DNA of 64,000 nucleotides from Candidatus Dormibacter sp. (GTDB lineage Bacteria; Chloroflexota; Dormibacteria; CF-121): NCBI GenBank assembly GCA_039922495.1, contig JBDTEO010000015.1, positions 844 to 64,843 of the forward strand, read 5' to 3'. Shown piece by piece: positions 9,983 to 17,552 of this stretch (position 1 is its first letter; each line of letters starts with the position of its first letter). The notes under the pieces were generated by a model. It saw only the letters and a program-made list of their open reading frames with translations, ran no database searches and was not told where the DNA came from. The position numbers and the translations under genes were made by a program.

Positions 9983-10132
9983 ATTTGTTTCCTCCGTTCC
10001 CCTAACTGTCCGTTGCCGGAAATGAACGCTGCGTGTTCAGCCGCCATCGTAGCCATCGGCTAGGTAAATGTAAACCCCCTATCTTGACGCGGAGTGAACC
10101 GCCATGCATAGTCCACGGCTAGGAGGGACCTG

Positions 10133-12319
10133 GTGAGTTCAAGCCGCTCAACTGTCGAGCTAGAGTCGTCAGCGGCCGCGACCGCCCTTTCCGTGTGGGA
10201 TCAGCTCGCCGAGCGAGCGAGTCCGGGCGACTACCGTCCAATGCTTCGGTCCGATCTCACCTGGGTTCGGATGAAGACCCGCCATGGTTTGCCGAACATC
10301 ATGCTGGCGGACCGACCCCGCAAGTACCTCCGGCTGAGCGAGCGCGACGACCAGCTGGCCCAGCTGATGGACGGCAGCCGGCGGGTTGCCGACCTGGTGG
10401 TCGAATACTTCCGCCGCTACGGCAGCTTCGGCTTCCGACAGGTCACCGACCTCGTGACCCTCCTTCGGCAGGCCGGCTTTCTCACCGACCCGCCTCGCGA
10501 CATCTATAAGGACCTCGGCGAGGAGTTGAATCCGGCCGCGCCGGTGAAGCAGCGGCGCTGGATGGAAGGGAGCGGGCTGCGGATGAAGTTTCCCGTCCGC
10601 GGCATCGACGGACTCGTGACCCGATACCACGACACGGTCGGGCGCTTTATCTTCACGCCGGTGTTCCTCTGGGCCAGCGTGGTCGTCACCATCGTCGGGC
10701 TCGGCGCCTTTGTGCGGGAGCTGCTCACGGGCCGGGACCCCTTTGCGCCGATCGCCGGCTCCGGGCTGATCGGCGTTCTGGCCCTGGTGATCGCCTACTA
10801 CTTCGTGATCTTCATCCACGAGAGTGCCCACGCGCTCACCTGCAAGCACTATGGCCGGATGGTTCCCAAGGGCGGCTTCATGCTCTATTACCTGATGCCG
10901 GCGTTTTACGTCGACGTCACCGACTCCTGGCTCGAGCCGTGGCGCCGCCGGATCGCGATCTTCTGGGCCGGGCCCTACTCCGGGTTCATCCTGGCCGGCG
11001 CGAGTGCCCTCGGGGCCACCGCGCTGGGCACCGGGCTTATCGGCACCGTCCTCTTCAAGCTGGCCGTTGCCGCCTACCTGACGAACCTGCTGAACCTGAT
11101 GCCGCTTCTGCTCTGGGACGGGTACTGGATTCTCGAGCAATGGCTGGAGATCCCCGACCTTCGGGTCCGGGCGCTCACCTTTATCAAGGGGCCGCTATGG
11201 AGCCAGCTCTGGACGCGTCGGCGGCTCACCGGTCGTGAGACCTTCTTCGCGATCTTTGGCCTGCTGTCGGCGGCATATTCGTTTGCTTCGATCTTCCTCG
11301 CCTACCTGTACTGGCGGCGCCGGCTGGGGCCGATCATCCGGCCGCTCTGGCTGACCCCGGGCCTGCTGTCCAAGGTGATCGCGGTCGGGCTGGTCGCGGC
11401 GATCGGCATCCCGCTCAGCATGAAATTTGGACGGCGCCTGTGGGGCTACCGTCGGGTCGTCATGAGCGCGCCGGCCGCGGCGAGGAAGGCGATCTTCACC
11501 ATCCGGATGAGCGACCGCCTGCGCCTGCTGGAAGGGCTGGCCTTCTTGCGGAGCCTGCCGCAGAAGAGCCTCGAACGCCTTGCCGGGAGCGCGAAGGTCC
11601 GAGAAATCCCGGCCGGCGCGACCGTCGTGCGGCAGGGAGACCGGGGCGACGAGTTCTTCATCATCGCGGCCGGCCAGGCTGCCCTCCTGGTCCGGGAACA
11701 AAACGAGGATCGGATTGTCGGCAAGATGACCCTCGGGGACTTCTTTGGCGAACGCGCGCTGCTCAAGCGCGGCGTCCGCGAGGCCACCGTCAAGGCCGAA
11801 ACGCCGCTCAAGCTCCTGGTGTTCCCTTCGAAGGCGTTCTGGAGTGAATTGGCCGGGCCGGTCGAATGGGAGTCTCGGGTGCGTGGCGCACTCGAGGAGC
11901 GGGACCGGCTGCGGGCGCTGCCGATCTTTGCCGATACGGCGCCGCGGCAGTTGGATCTGCTGGCGGTTAAGCTCCAGGTCGAGCGCGTTGCGCCTGGCCA
12001 GGTGCTGGTCAAGCAGGGTGATCCGGGCGACTCGTTCTATATCGTCCGCGAGGGGACTGTCGAGGTGATCATGCGAAAGGAGCGGAGCCGCCGCCGCGTC
12101 GCCACGCTGAAGCCCGGAGACTTCTTTGGGGAGATCGCGTTGCTTCGCGATACGCCGCGAAACGCCACAGTCCAGGGGCTGGAAGCCGGCTCGGTCTGGA
12201 GGCTCGAGCGGCAGGATTTTCGTGACCTGCTCGGGCGTTATCTCGACCTGGAGGGGCAGATCGCCGGCATCGCCGCTTCCCGGACGCCCCGGGGCCATTC
12301 CATGCGAGGGGCGGCCTGA
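10133..12319 (+). CDS. polytopic M50-like zinc metalloprotease fused to two C-terminal cyclic-nucleotide-binding domains
   Basis: HESAH (HExxH) inside a TM helix plus an NLLNLMPLLLWDGYW (NxxPxxxLDG-like) motif. Two cNMP domains (FFIIAAG...FGERALL and FYIVREG...FGEIALL). Confidence 0.8.
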   Translation: MSSSRSTVELESSAAATALSVWDQLAERASPGDYRPMLRSDLTWVRMKTRHGLPNIMLADRPRKYLRLSERDDQLAQLMDGSRRVADLVVEYFRRYGSFGFRQVTDLVTLLRQAGFLTDPPRDIYKDLGEELNPAAPVKQRRWMEGSGLRMKFPVRGIDGLVTRYHDTVGRFIFTPVFLWASVVVTIVGLGAFVRELLTGRDPFAPIAGSGLIGVLALVIAYYFVIFIHESAHALTCKHYGRMVPKGGFMLYYLMPAFYVDVTDSWLEPWRRRIAIFWAGPYSGFILAGASALGATALGTGLIGTVLFKLAVAAYLTNLLNLMPLLLWDGYWILEQWLEIPDLRVRALTFIKGPLWSQLWTRRRLTGRETFFAIFGLLSAAYSFASIFLAYLYWRRRLGPIIRPLWLTPGLLSKVIAVGLVAAIGIPLSMKFGRRLWGYRRVVMSAPAAARKAIFTIRMSDRLRLLEGLAFLRSLPQKSLERLAGSAKVREIPAGATVVRQGDRGDEFFIIAAGQAALLVREQNEDRIVGKMTLGDFFGERALLKRGVREATVKAETPLKLLVFPSKAFWSELAGPVEWESRVRGALEERDRLRALPIFADTAPRQLDLLAVKLQVERVAPGQVLVKQGDPGDSFYIVREGTVEVIMRKERSRRRVATLKPGDFFGEIALLRDTPRNATVQGLEAGSVWRLERQDFRDLLGRYLDLEGQIAGIAASRTPRGHSMRGAA

Positions 12320-12555
12320 TGCAGTGCTGGATCTGCGCCTCGCCCGCCAATGGGACCTGCCGGTTCTGCGGGCGGGCGGTCTGCCGCGAGGACGCCAAGA
12401 CCCATCCATTCGTGCTCGAGGTCTATCCCAGCAATGGCAACCTTTACGGCCTGGCGGTCGAAGACGCCCTGCATTGCGGTGTCTGCAAGCCGCGATCGGA
12501 ACCGGTCCTGATGGACTTTCTCAACCAGCCGAAGCCGCCGGTGAGTGACAAATGA
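12319..12555 (+). CDS. small Cys-rich zinc-ribbon protein (DUF2180-like)
   Basis: 78 aa, CWIC...CRFC...C...HCGVC. Start ATG overlaps the upstream TGA by 1 nt (TGATG). Confidence 0.5.
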   Translation: MQCWICASPANGTCRFCGRAVCREDAKTHPFVLEVYPSNGNLYGLAVEDALHCGVCKPRSEPVLMDFLNQPKPPVSDK

Positions 12556-12644
12556 CACACGAGAAACGTGTCGCGCGTCGCTTCCCCAGCAGCGCCGTGA
12601 GCCGATACTTCGCACCACGAGCCCGATAAGAAGGAGGTGAAACC

Positions 12645-13019
12645 ATGAGCAAGGAAGTCCTAGAGCAGGTGGTTTTGAAGGCGTCCAGTGATGCGCGCTT
12701 CCGGAGTCAGCTGAACGACAACTTCGAAGCCGCCATCCGGCCGTACGACCTCAGCCCCGATGAGAAGTCAAAGCTACGGAGCGGGATCGCCGGCGCGATC
12801 GGTGACGACCGTGAGGTACGGCGGACGATGGCAGCGAGCCACGCGCAGTCCAGCGAGACCGCCAGTAACCAGGCAGCCTCCAACGAAGCACTGTCTCACC
12901 AGGCGGCGACGAACGAGGTCGCGTCGAACGAGGTCGCGTCGAATGAGGTTGCCTCCAACGAGGTGGCGTCCAGCGAGGTCGCGTCGAACGAAGTCGCCAG
13001 CAAGTTGTCGATGGAGTAG
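12645..13019 (+). CDS. Nif11/NHLP-leader-like domain protein with a C-terminal (A-S-N-E-V)n tandem repeat tail
   Basis: N-terminal EVLEQVVLKASSDARFRSQLNDNFEAAI resembles the Nif11 / nitrile-hydratase leader peptide family. C-terminal seven copies of ASNEV are encoded by 15-bp units that differ at synonymous positions. Confidence 0.6.
   Translation: MSKEVLEQVVLKASSDARFRSQLNDNFEAAIRPYDLSPDEKSKLRSGIAGAIGDDREVRRTMAASHAQSSETASNQAASNEALSHQAATNEVASNEVASNEVASNEVASSEVASNEVASKLSME
12895..13000 (+). repeat. 15-bp tandem repeat (about 7 copies, consensus GCGTCGAACGAGGTC) inside the CDS
   Basis: Direct reading of 12886-13000. Copies vary at third-codon positions (gag gtc / gag gtt / gag gtg; tcg/tcc; aac/aat). 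Confidence 0.8.
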
Positions 13020-13039
13020 CGCTTCCCGAAGCATGCTTT

Positions 13040-13070
13040 GGGGCAGCCCGCGCTGGCTGCCCTTTTTCTT
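13040..13070. terminator. bidirectional intrinsic terminator between the convergent repeat-peptide gene and crp
   Basis: 8-bp GC stem GGGCAGCC/GGCTGCCC with a 6-nt loop followed by TTTTTCTTT; A-rich on the other side. Confidence 0.5.
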
Positions 13071-13079
13071 TGCCTGCGT

Positions 13080-13784
13080 TCAGGCGAGCTTTCGAAGTTC
13101 GGCCGGCCGGACGATCGTGATGAAGCCCTTCTCGAGCGCGATATCGCCGCGGGCGACGAGCCGGGCGAGGGCCCGGTTCACGTTTTCGCGACTCGCGCCG
13201 ACCATGCCGGCCAGCGTCCGCTGGGTCAGCCGCATCCGGATTCGCCGACCCTGGGCGCTGGCTTCACCCTGCGACTCCGATAGGTCCAGCAGCTTCTTCG
13301 CGACGCGGCCGGGGATGTCGAGGAACGCCGCCTCCGAAAAGGTCTCGTCGGTGGCGCGGATGTAGGTGCTGAAGAGCGTGACCAGGTGGCGCACAGCTTT
13401 CGGATGCGCGTCGAGGAAGGAGAGGAATGCCTCGCGCCCGAGCGTCAGGCACTCGGTCGTCTCCATCGCCTGGGCGTCGGCCGCTCGCACCGATCGCTCG
13501 TCGAAGAGGGCAAGCTCACCAAAGGTATCGCCCGGCAAGAGGACCGCATAGACGACCTCTTCGCCGCCACGACCGATGTGGCCGATCTTGACCTGTCCGC
13601 TGACGATGATGTGCAGGACATTTCCTGGGTCGCCTTCGTGGAAGATGGTGGCGCCCCGCGGAAAGTTCCTCGACTTCACGCTGGCAGCGAGCGGCTCGAG
13701 CTGATCGGCCGGGAACCCCTTGAACAGCGCCGTCGCGGAAAGAACCGTGACCGGGTTCATAGGGGACATTTTGCGCCTTGACAT
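13080..13784 (-). CDS. Crp/Fnr-family transcriptional regulator (cNMP-binding plus C-terminal HTH)
   Basis: GDTFGELALF cNMP motif; C-terminal RTLAGMVGASRENVNRAL HTH. The start may be one of the internal Met at 13769 or 13760. Confidence 0.8.
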   Translation of the reverse strand: MSRRKMSPMNPVTVLSATALFKGFPADQLEPLAASVKSRNFPRGATIFHEGDPGNVLHIIVSGQVKIGHIGRGGEEVVYAVLLPGDTFGELALFDERSVRAADAQAMETTECLTLGREAFLSFLDAHPKAVRHLVTLFSTYIRATDETFSEAAFLDIPGRVAKKLLDLSESQGEASAQGRRIRMRLTQRTLAGMVGASRENVNRALARLVARGDIALEKGFITIVRPAELRKLA

Positions 13785-13807
13785 GTGACCATTGGGTCAC
13801 GTATGCT
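13777..13807 (+). promoter_or_regulatory. candidate promoter (TTGACA-18-TATGCT) whose spacer contains a perfect 16-bp palindrome GTGACC-ATTG-GGTCAC. Likely an ArsR-type and/or CRP-type operator in the crp/arsR divergent region.
   Basis: TTGACA at 13778-13783; palindrome at 13785-13800; TATGCT at 13802-13807. A GTG codon (13811) lies 4 nt downstream, suggesting a leaderless arsR transcript. Confidence 0.45.
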
Positions 13808-14134
13808 GACGCCGTGACTGACGACGACCGGATCTTCAAGGCGCTCGCCGATCCAACACGACGCTTCCTGCTGGATCAGCTCTTCAAGCGTGACGGCCGC
13901 ACGCTGACCGAGCTCGAGTCCGAGCTGGAGATGACCCGCTTCGGCGTGATGAAACATCTGCGGGTGCTTGAAGAGGCGGGACTCGTGGTCGCTCGGCGAT
14001 CGGGACGGGAAAAGCTCCATTTCCTGAACCCGGTCCCGATTCGGCTGATCCACGACCGGTGGATCAACAAGTACACGGAGCAACAGGTGTCGGCACTCGC
14101 GGAACTCAAGAAAAAATTGGAGGAAACGGCATGA
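13778..14134 (+). CDS. ArsR/SmtB-family transcriptional regulator
   Basis: IFKALADPTRRFLLDQL and ELESELEMTRFGVMKHLRVLEEAGLV wHTH. True start possibly GTG 13811. Stop overlaps the next start (ATGA). Confidence 0.75.
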   Translation: MTCDHWVTYADAVTDDDRIFKALADPTRRFLLDQLFKRDGRTLTELESELEMTRFGVMKHLRVLEEAGLVVARRSGREKLHFLNPVPIRLIHDRWINKYTEQQVSALAELKKKLEETA

Positions 14135-14643
14135 CGACGACAACTCAGACCAAGGTGACCACGCAGGTCTACCGCGTGTACATCAAGGCGACGCCCCAGG
14201 CAATCTGGGACGCGATCACCAAGCCCGAATGGACGGAACGGTACGGATACGGCGGGCGTGGGGAATATGACCTGCGTCCCGGCGGCAAGTACCGCGGCCT
14301 AACCAGCCAGGCGATGCGATCGACGGGGGCGCCCGACGTGGGCGTGGATGGCGAGGTGATCGAGGCGATCCCGCCGCGAAAGCTGGTCCAGACATTCCGG
14401 ATGGTGATGGACGAGGCGATGGCGTCAGAAGGCTTCACCCGGGTCACCTACGAGATCGGAGAGAACAAAGATGGCGTCACCAAGCTGACGGTGGTTCACG
14501 ACCTCGATGGCGCGGCGAAGCTGGCAGTGCTGATGGCGGGCGGGATGGAGGCCGAGGGCGCAGGCGGTGGCTGGAGCTGGATCCTTAGCGGCCTGAAGAC
14601 CCTGCTGGAGACGGGTTCCTCGCTCGACGGCCAGCAGCGGTGA
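14131..14643 (+). CDS. SRPBCC/AHSA1-domain protein (partner of the ArsR regulator)
   Basis: GGAGG RBS 8 nt upstream of ATG 14131. YRVYIKATPQAIWDAIT...ERYG... matches Aha1-like SRPBCC proteins. Confidence 0.7.
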   Translation: MTTTTQTKVTTQVYRVYIKATPQAIWDAITKPEWTERYGYGGRGEYDLRPGGKYRGLTSQAMRSTGAPDVGVDGEVIEAIPPRKLVQTFRMVMDEAMASEGFTRVTYEIGENKDGVTKLTVVHDLDGAAKLAVLMAGGMEAEGAGGGWSWILSGLKTLLETGSSLDGQQR

Positions 14644-14655
14644 TTCGACGGCTGG

Positions 14656-14690
14656 CGGAGGCCCTGCGCTGGCAGGGCCTCCTTCGGCGC
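14656..14690 (+). terminator. GC-rich hairpin (11-bp stem, 4-nt loop) immediately after the SRPBCC stop; weak U-tract
   Basis: GGAGGCCCTGC-GCTG-GCAGGGCCTCC at 14657-14682 followed by TT. Confidence 0.35.
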
Positions 14691-14775
14691 TGATGCCGCA
14701 GCGGCTCTGGCGATGTCCCGGCGTTGCGGTCCAGTCAAAGTGGACGACGGCGGGCCTAGCCGGTATCGTCGCTGC

Positions 14776-15375
14776 ATGCGCATCGCCATCCTGCTCTATC
14801 AGGGTTTCGACGAGCTGGACGCGATCGGCCCGTTCGAGGTCTTCCGCCACGCGGCAACCATGGGCGCCCCGGTCGAGGTGACGCTGAACACACTCGACGG
14901 CGCCACCGAGGTCGTGGCCTCCGGGGGGCTGCGGGTGCGCCCCGATGGAAAGCTCGACGGGCGGCCCGACATGATCGTGGTTCCTGGCGGCGGCTGGAGC
15001 AATCACGCCGAGCGCGGTGCCTGGACCGAGGCGAACCGTGGCGACATTCCCAGGCTGCTCGAGAAACTCCATGGGGAGGGCACGACCGTGGCCACGGTGT
15101 GCACCGGCGGCATGCTGGCCGCCACCGCTGGGCTCAGCAAGGGGCGTCCGGCGGTCACCCATCGGAGCGCTCTGAGAGACCTCCGGGCGTCCGGCGCGAC
15201 GGTGATGGAGCGGCGCGTTGTCGACGACGGCGACCTCATGTCCGCCGGCGGCGTCACCTCCGGGATCGACCTGGCCCTCTGGATCGTCGAGCGGGAATTC
15301 GGTGCCGTCATCGCCGACCAGGTCACCGAGGAAATGGAGTTTCCGCGCTCCCGGGACGTCTTTAAGGCAAGATAG
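14776..15375 (+). CDS. DJ-1/PfpI-family protein
   Basis: MRIAILLYQGFDELDAIGPFEVF...VCTGGMLAA (nucleophile-elbow Cys). Confidence 0.8.
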   Translation: MRIAILLYQGFDELDAIGPFEVFRHAATMGAPVEVTLNTLDGATEVVASGGLRVRPDGKLDGRPDMIVVPGGGWSNHAERGAWTEANRGDIPRLLEKLHGEGTTVATVCTGGMLAATAGLSKGRPAVTHRSALRDLRASGATVMERRVVDDGDLMSAGGVTSGIDLALWIVEREFGAVIADQVTEEMEFPRSRDVFKAR

Positions 15376-15379
15376 GGCC

Positions 15380-16255
15380 ATGCCGTCCCACGTGCTGCGC
15401 GGGATCGCCTGGGGACTGGTCTGGCGCTGGTCGCTCCTCTTTGCCAGTCTGATCACCTCGGCGCCGCCGCTGGCGATCTGGGCGATCGTGGCCATCCTTT
15501 CTGTGGGGGTGGTTGCCTCGGTGTGGCGTCGCCGCGATCTCCTCGGATCGGTCTGGTCCGTGCTGCTCGCCGTCACCGTGATCAACCTCGGGTTCTGGCT
15601 GGGTGGCGGCCTCCTTGTTCCGGCGATCACGCTGGCGATCGTGATCACCGTTGGAAACCTCTGGTGGTCGATCAGGGGCCCGGTCGACGCCCCATTGGCG
15701 CGGTCATTTCAACCGGTCGCGGTGGCCGATCCCGTCGCCTATGCCAGGCCAACCCCCCTCCAGGATCCCGTGGCGGAGCCGCGTCGCCGCCGCGCCAGTC
15801 GTGACAGCGGCGCGGCCGGATTCCGCCTTCTGGTCGCGGCGTGCCTGGTGGTAACCGTCTTTACGGTGGGGGCGTTCACGGTTGCGTCGCGGGCCTCGGC
15901 CGGGCTGTCGGCCGCCATCTCTTCGATAGGCCAGCAACTGGCGCCGCTCACCGCCGGGCTGCCGCCCACCTCGACCGCGCCGGCTCCGGCGGCATCCAGC
16001 AAGCCCACGCCGTCGCCAACACCGGCACCCTCGATCGTCCCCGCTGCGCCACCCACCGGTGACGCGCAACCGCCGAGCCAAGCCGTCCCCGGCGTCAACC
16101 TCCCGGGGGTTTGCGTCTCGCTACCCGACCATCGATACGAGGTGCGCCTGCCCAACGGCCAGGTGATCGTCGTCACGACGCATCGCCAGAAGGGTTGTCC
16201 GGACCTGGCGGCCCTCCTGAAGTCGCTTCAGGACGCGAGCGGGAACTCAGAGTAG
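15380..16255 (+). CDS. hypothetical membrane protein (4 TM N-terminus, Pro/Ala/Ser-rich linker, C-terminal globular part with 2 Cys)
   Basis: ATG at 15380 directly after the DJ-1 stop; hydrophobic helices; PTPSPTPAPS linker. Confidence 0.5.
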   Translation: MPSHVLRGIAWGLVWRWSLLFASLITSAPPLAIWAIVAILSVGVVASVWRRRDLLGSVWSVLLAVTVINLGFWLGGGLLVPAITLAIVITVGNLWWSIRGPVDAPLARSFQPVAVADPVAYARPTPLQDPVAEPRRRRASRDSGAAGFRLLVAACLVVTVFTVGAFTVASRASAGLSAAISSIGQQLAPLTAGLPPTSTAPAPAASSKPTPSPTPAPSIVPAAPPTGDAQPPSQAVPGVNLPGVCVSLPDHRYEVRLPNGQVIVVTTHRQKGCPDLAALLKSLQDASGNSE

Positions 16256-16270
16256 CGCCGCGATCCCCGG

Positions 16271-16684
16271 CTAGCCTTCGATGACGGACAGAATGTTGCC
16301 GGCCGGGTCCTTGAACCAGGCGATGGCAGGGCCCTGGCCGCGCTGGATGCCGCGGTCGTCCTGATGCATCCCGTCGTACTGTTCGAAGCGAACGCCTGAC
16401 CGGGCCAGGCTATCGACAACCTGGTCGATCTGGGTCACCGGGAAGTTCAGCACAGTGAACGACGCGGGCGCATGGTTTGGCTTGGGGTAGATGATCACTT
16501 TGTTGCCGCCGGCCAGGTTCAGCGTGAGCATGCCATTCGCGTCGGTCACATCGAGACCAAGGGTCTCAGCGTAGAACGCTTTGGTTCTGGGAATGTCGTT
16601 CGATGAGAGCCCGGAAAACGCCTGGCTATCGCGCAGGGGCGCGGTCACGGTATTTGGATCGATCGCTTCGAGAGTCCCATCCAA
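16271..16684 (-). CDS. VOC/glyoxalase-family protein
   Basis: AFYAETLGLDV...WFKDPAGNILSVIE glyoxalase-fold signature. Confidence 0.7.
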   Translation of the reverse strand: MDGTLEAIDPNTVTAPLRDSQAFSGLSSNDIPRTKAFYAETLGLDVTDANGMLTLNLAGGNKVIIYPKPNHAPASFTVLNFPVTQIDQVVDSLARSGVRFEQYDGMHQDDRGIQRGQGPAIAWFKDPAGNILSVIEG

Positions 16685-17523
16685 TAGCCCTCGATGATAC
16701 TGGGAAGCGGCTCGCCATTGCTATCGCCGGCGCCCAGCGTGACAAACAGGGGAGCCAGATGCTCGGTGCGCGGGTGCGCGTACCGCACCGCCGGCGCCCG
16801 ATGCACGAAGTCCTCGAGCTCGTCGACGTTGCCGTGCTCCAGCGCCTCGTGCGCCCAGGCGTCGAACTCGACGGACCATTCCGGCGGCTGCGCGTCGACG
16901 CGGAAGTCCCGCAGAAAGGGGAGGCCATGGGTGAGGAAGCCGCTGCCGATGATGAGCACGCCCTGGTCCCGCAGCGGGAGCAACCGCCGGCCGATTTCGA
17001 ACAATCGATCGGGATCGAGCGTCGGCATCGAGATCTGCAAGACAGGAATGTCCGCCTCCGGGTACATGACCGTGAGCGGGACGTAGGCGCCGTGGTCGAG
17101 CCCATGCTCGGGCTCCTCGGCTACCGGCTGGTCGGAGAGCAGCTTGCGAAGCTGGGTCGCCAGCTCGGGCGCCCCCGGCGAGCGGTACTGGGCGCGGTAA
17201 TAGCGCTCGGGAAACCCGCCGAAGTCATAGATCAGCGGCGTACCGGTACGGGTCGCGCCGATCGTGAGCGGCGCGTTCTCCCAGTGGGCGGATACGATCA
17301 AGATGGCCGACGGGTGCGGCAACGCCCTGGCCCAGGCGGCCAGTTGGGTCACCCAGAGCTCGTCATCGACGAGCGGTGGTGCGCCATGCCCGATATAGAT
17401 GGTCGGCATGCGCCCCCCGTCGAGGGTGGTTTTGGCGCGCCTGGTGATGACCGCGGCCTCGTCACGTTCAACGGCTTCCGGCGGATGCGGCAGCGAGCCT
17501 TGTGGCTTGAGCTCCTCGTCCAT
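16645..17523 (-). CDS. class III extradiol ring-cleavage dioxygenase (DODA/LigB-type, YgiD-like)
   Basis: MPTIYIGHGAPP...SAHW...GSGFLTHG motifs. Alternative start at Met 17409. Confidence 0.75.
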   Translation of the reverse strand: MDEELKPQGSLPHPPEAVERDEAAVITRRAKTTLDGGRMPTIYIGHGAPPLVDDELWVTQLAAWARALPHPSAILIVSAHWENAPLTIGATRTGTPLIYDFGGFPERYYRAQYRSPGAPELATQLRKLLSDQPVAEEPEHGLDHGAYVPLTVMYPEADIPVLQISMPTLDPDRLFEIGRRLLPLRDQGVLIIGSGFLTHGLPFLRDFRVDAQPPEWSVEFDAWAHEALEHGNVDELEDFVHRAPAVRYAHPRTEHLAPLFVTLGAGDSNGEPLPSIIEGYWMGLSKRSIQIP

Positions 17524-17552
17524 GCGCCTGATACTAGATGCCGGCCGACAGA

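Noticed and set aside
12645-13019. Confident call of a RiPP biosynthetic gene cluster.
   Set aside because: No YcaO/cyclodehydratase, LanB/C/M, radical-SAM/SPASM, ATP-grasp or methyltransferase gene lies within at least 10 kb. The core has no Cys, Ser/Thr-rich or Gly-Gly leader boundary typical of known classes. It is kept only as a leader-like precursor candidate.
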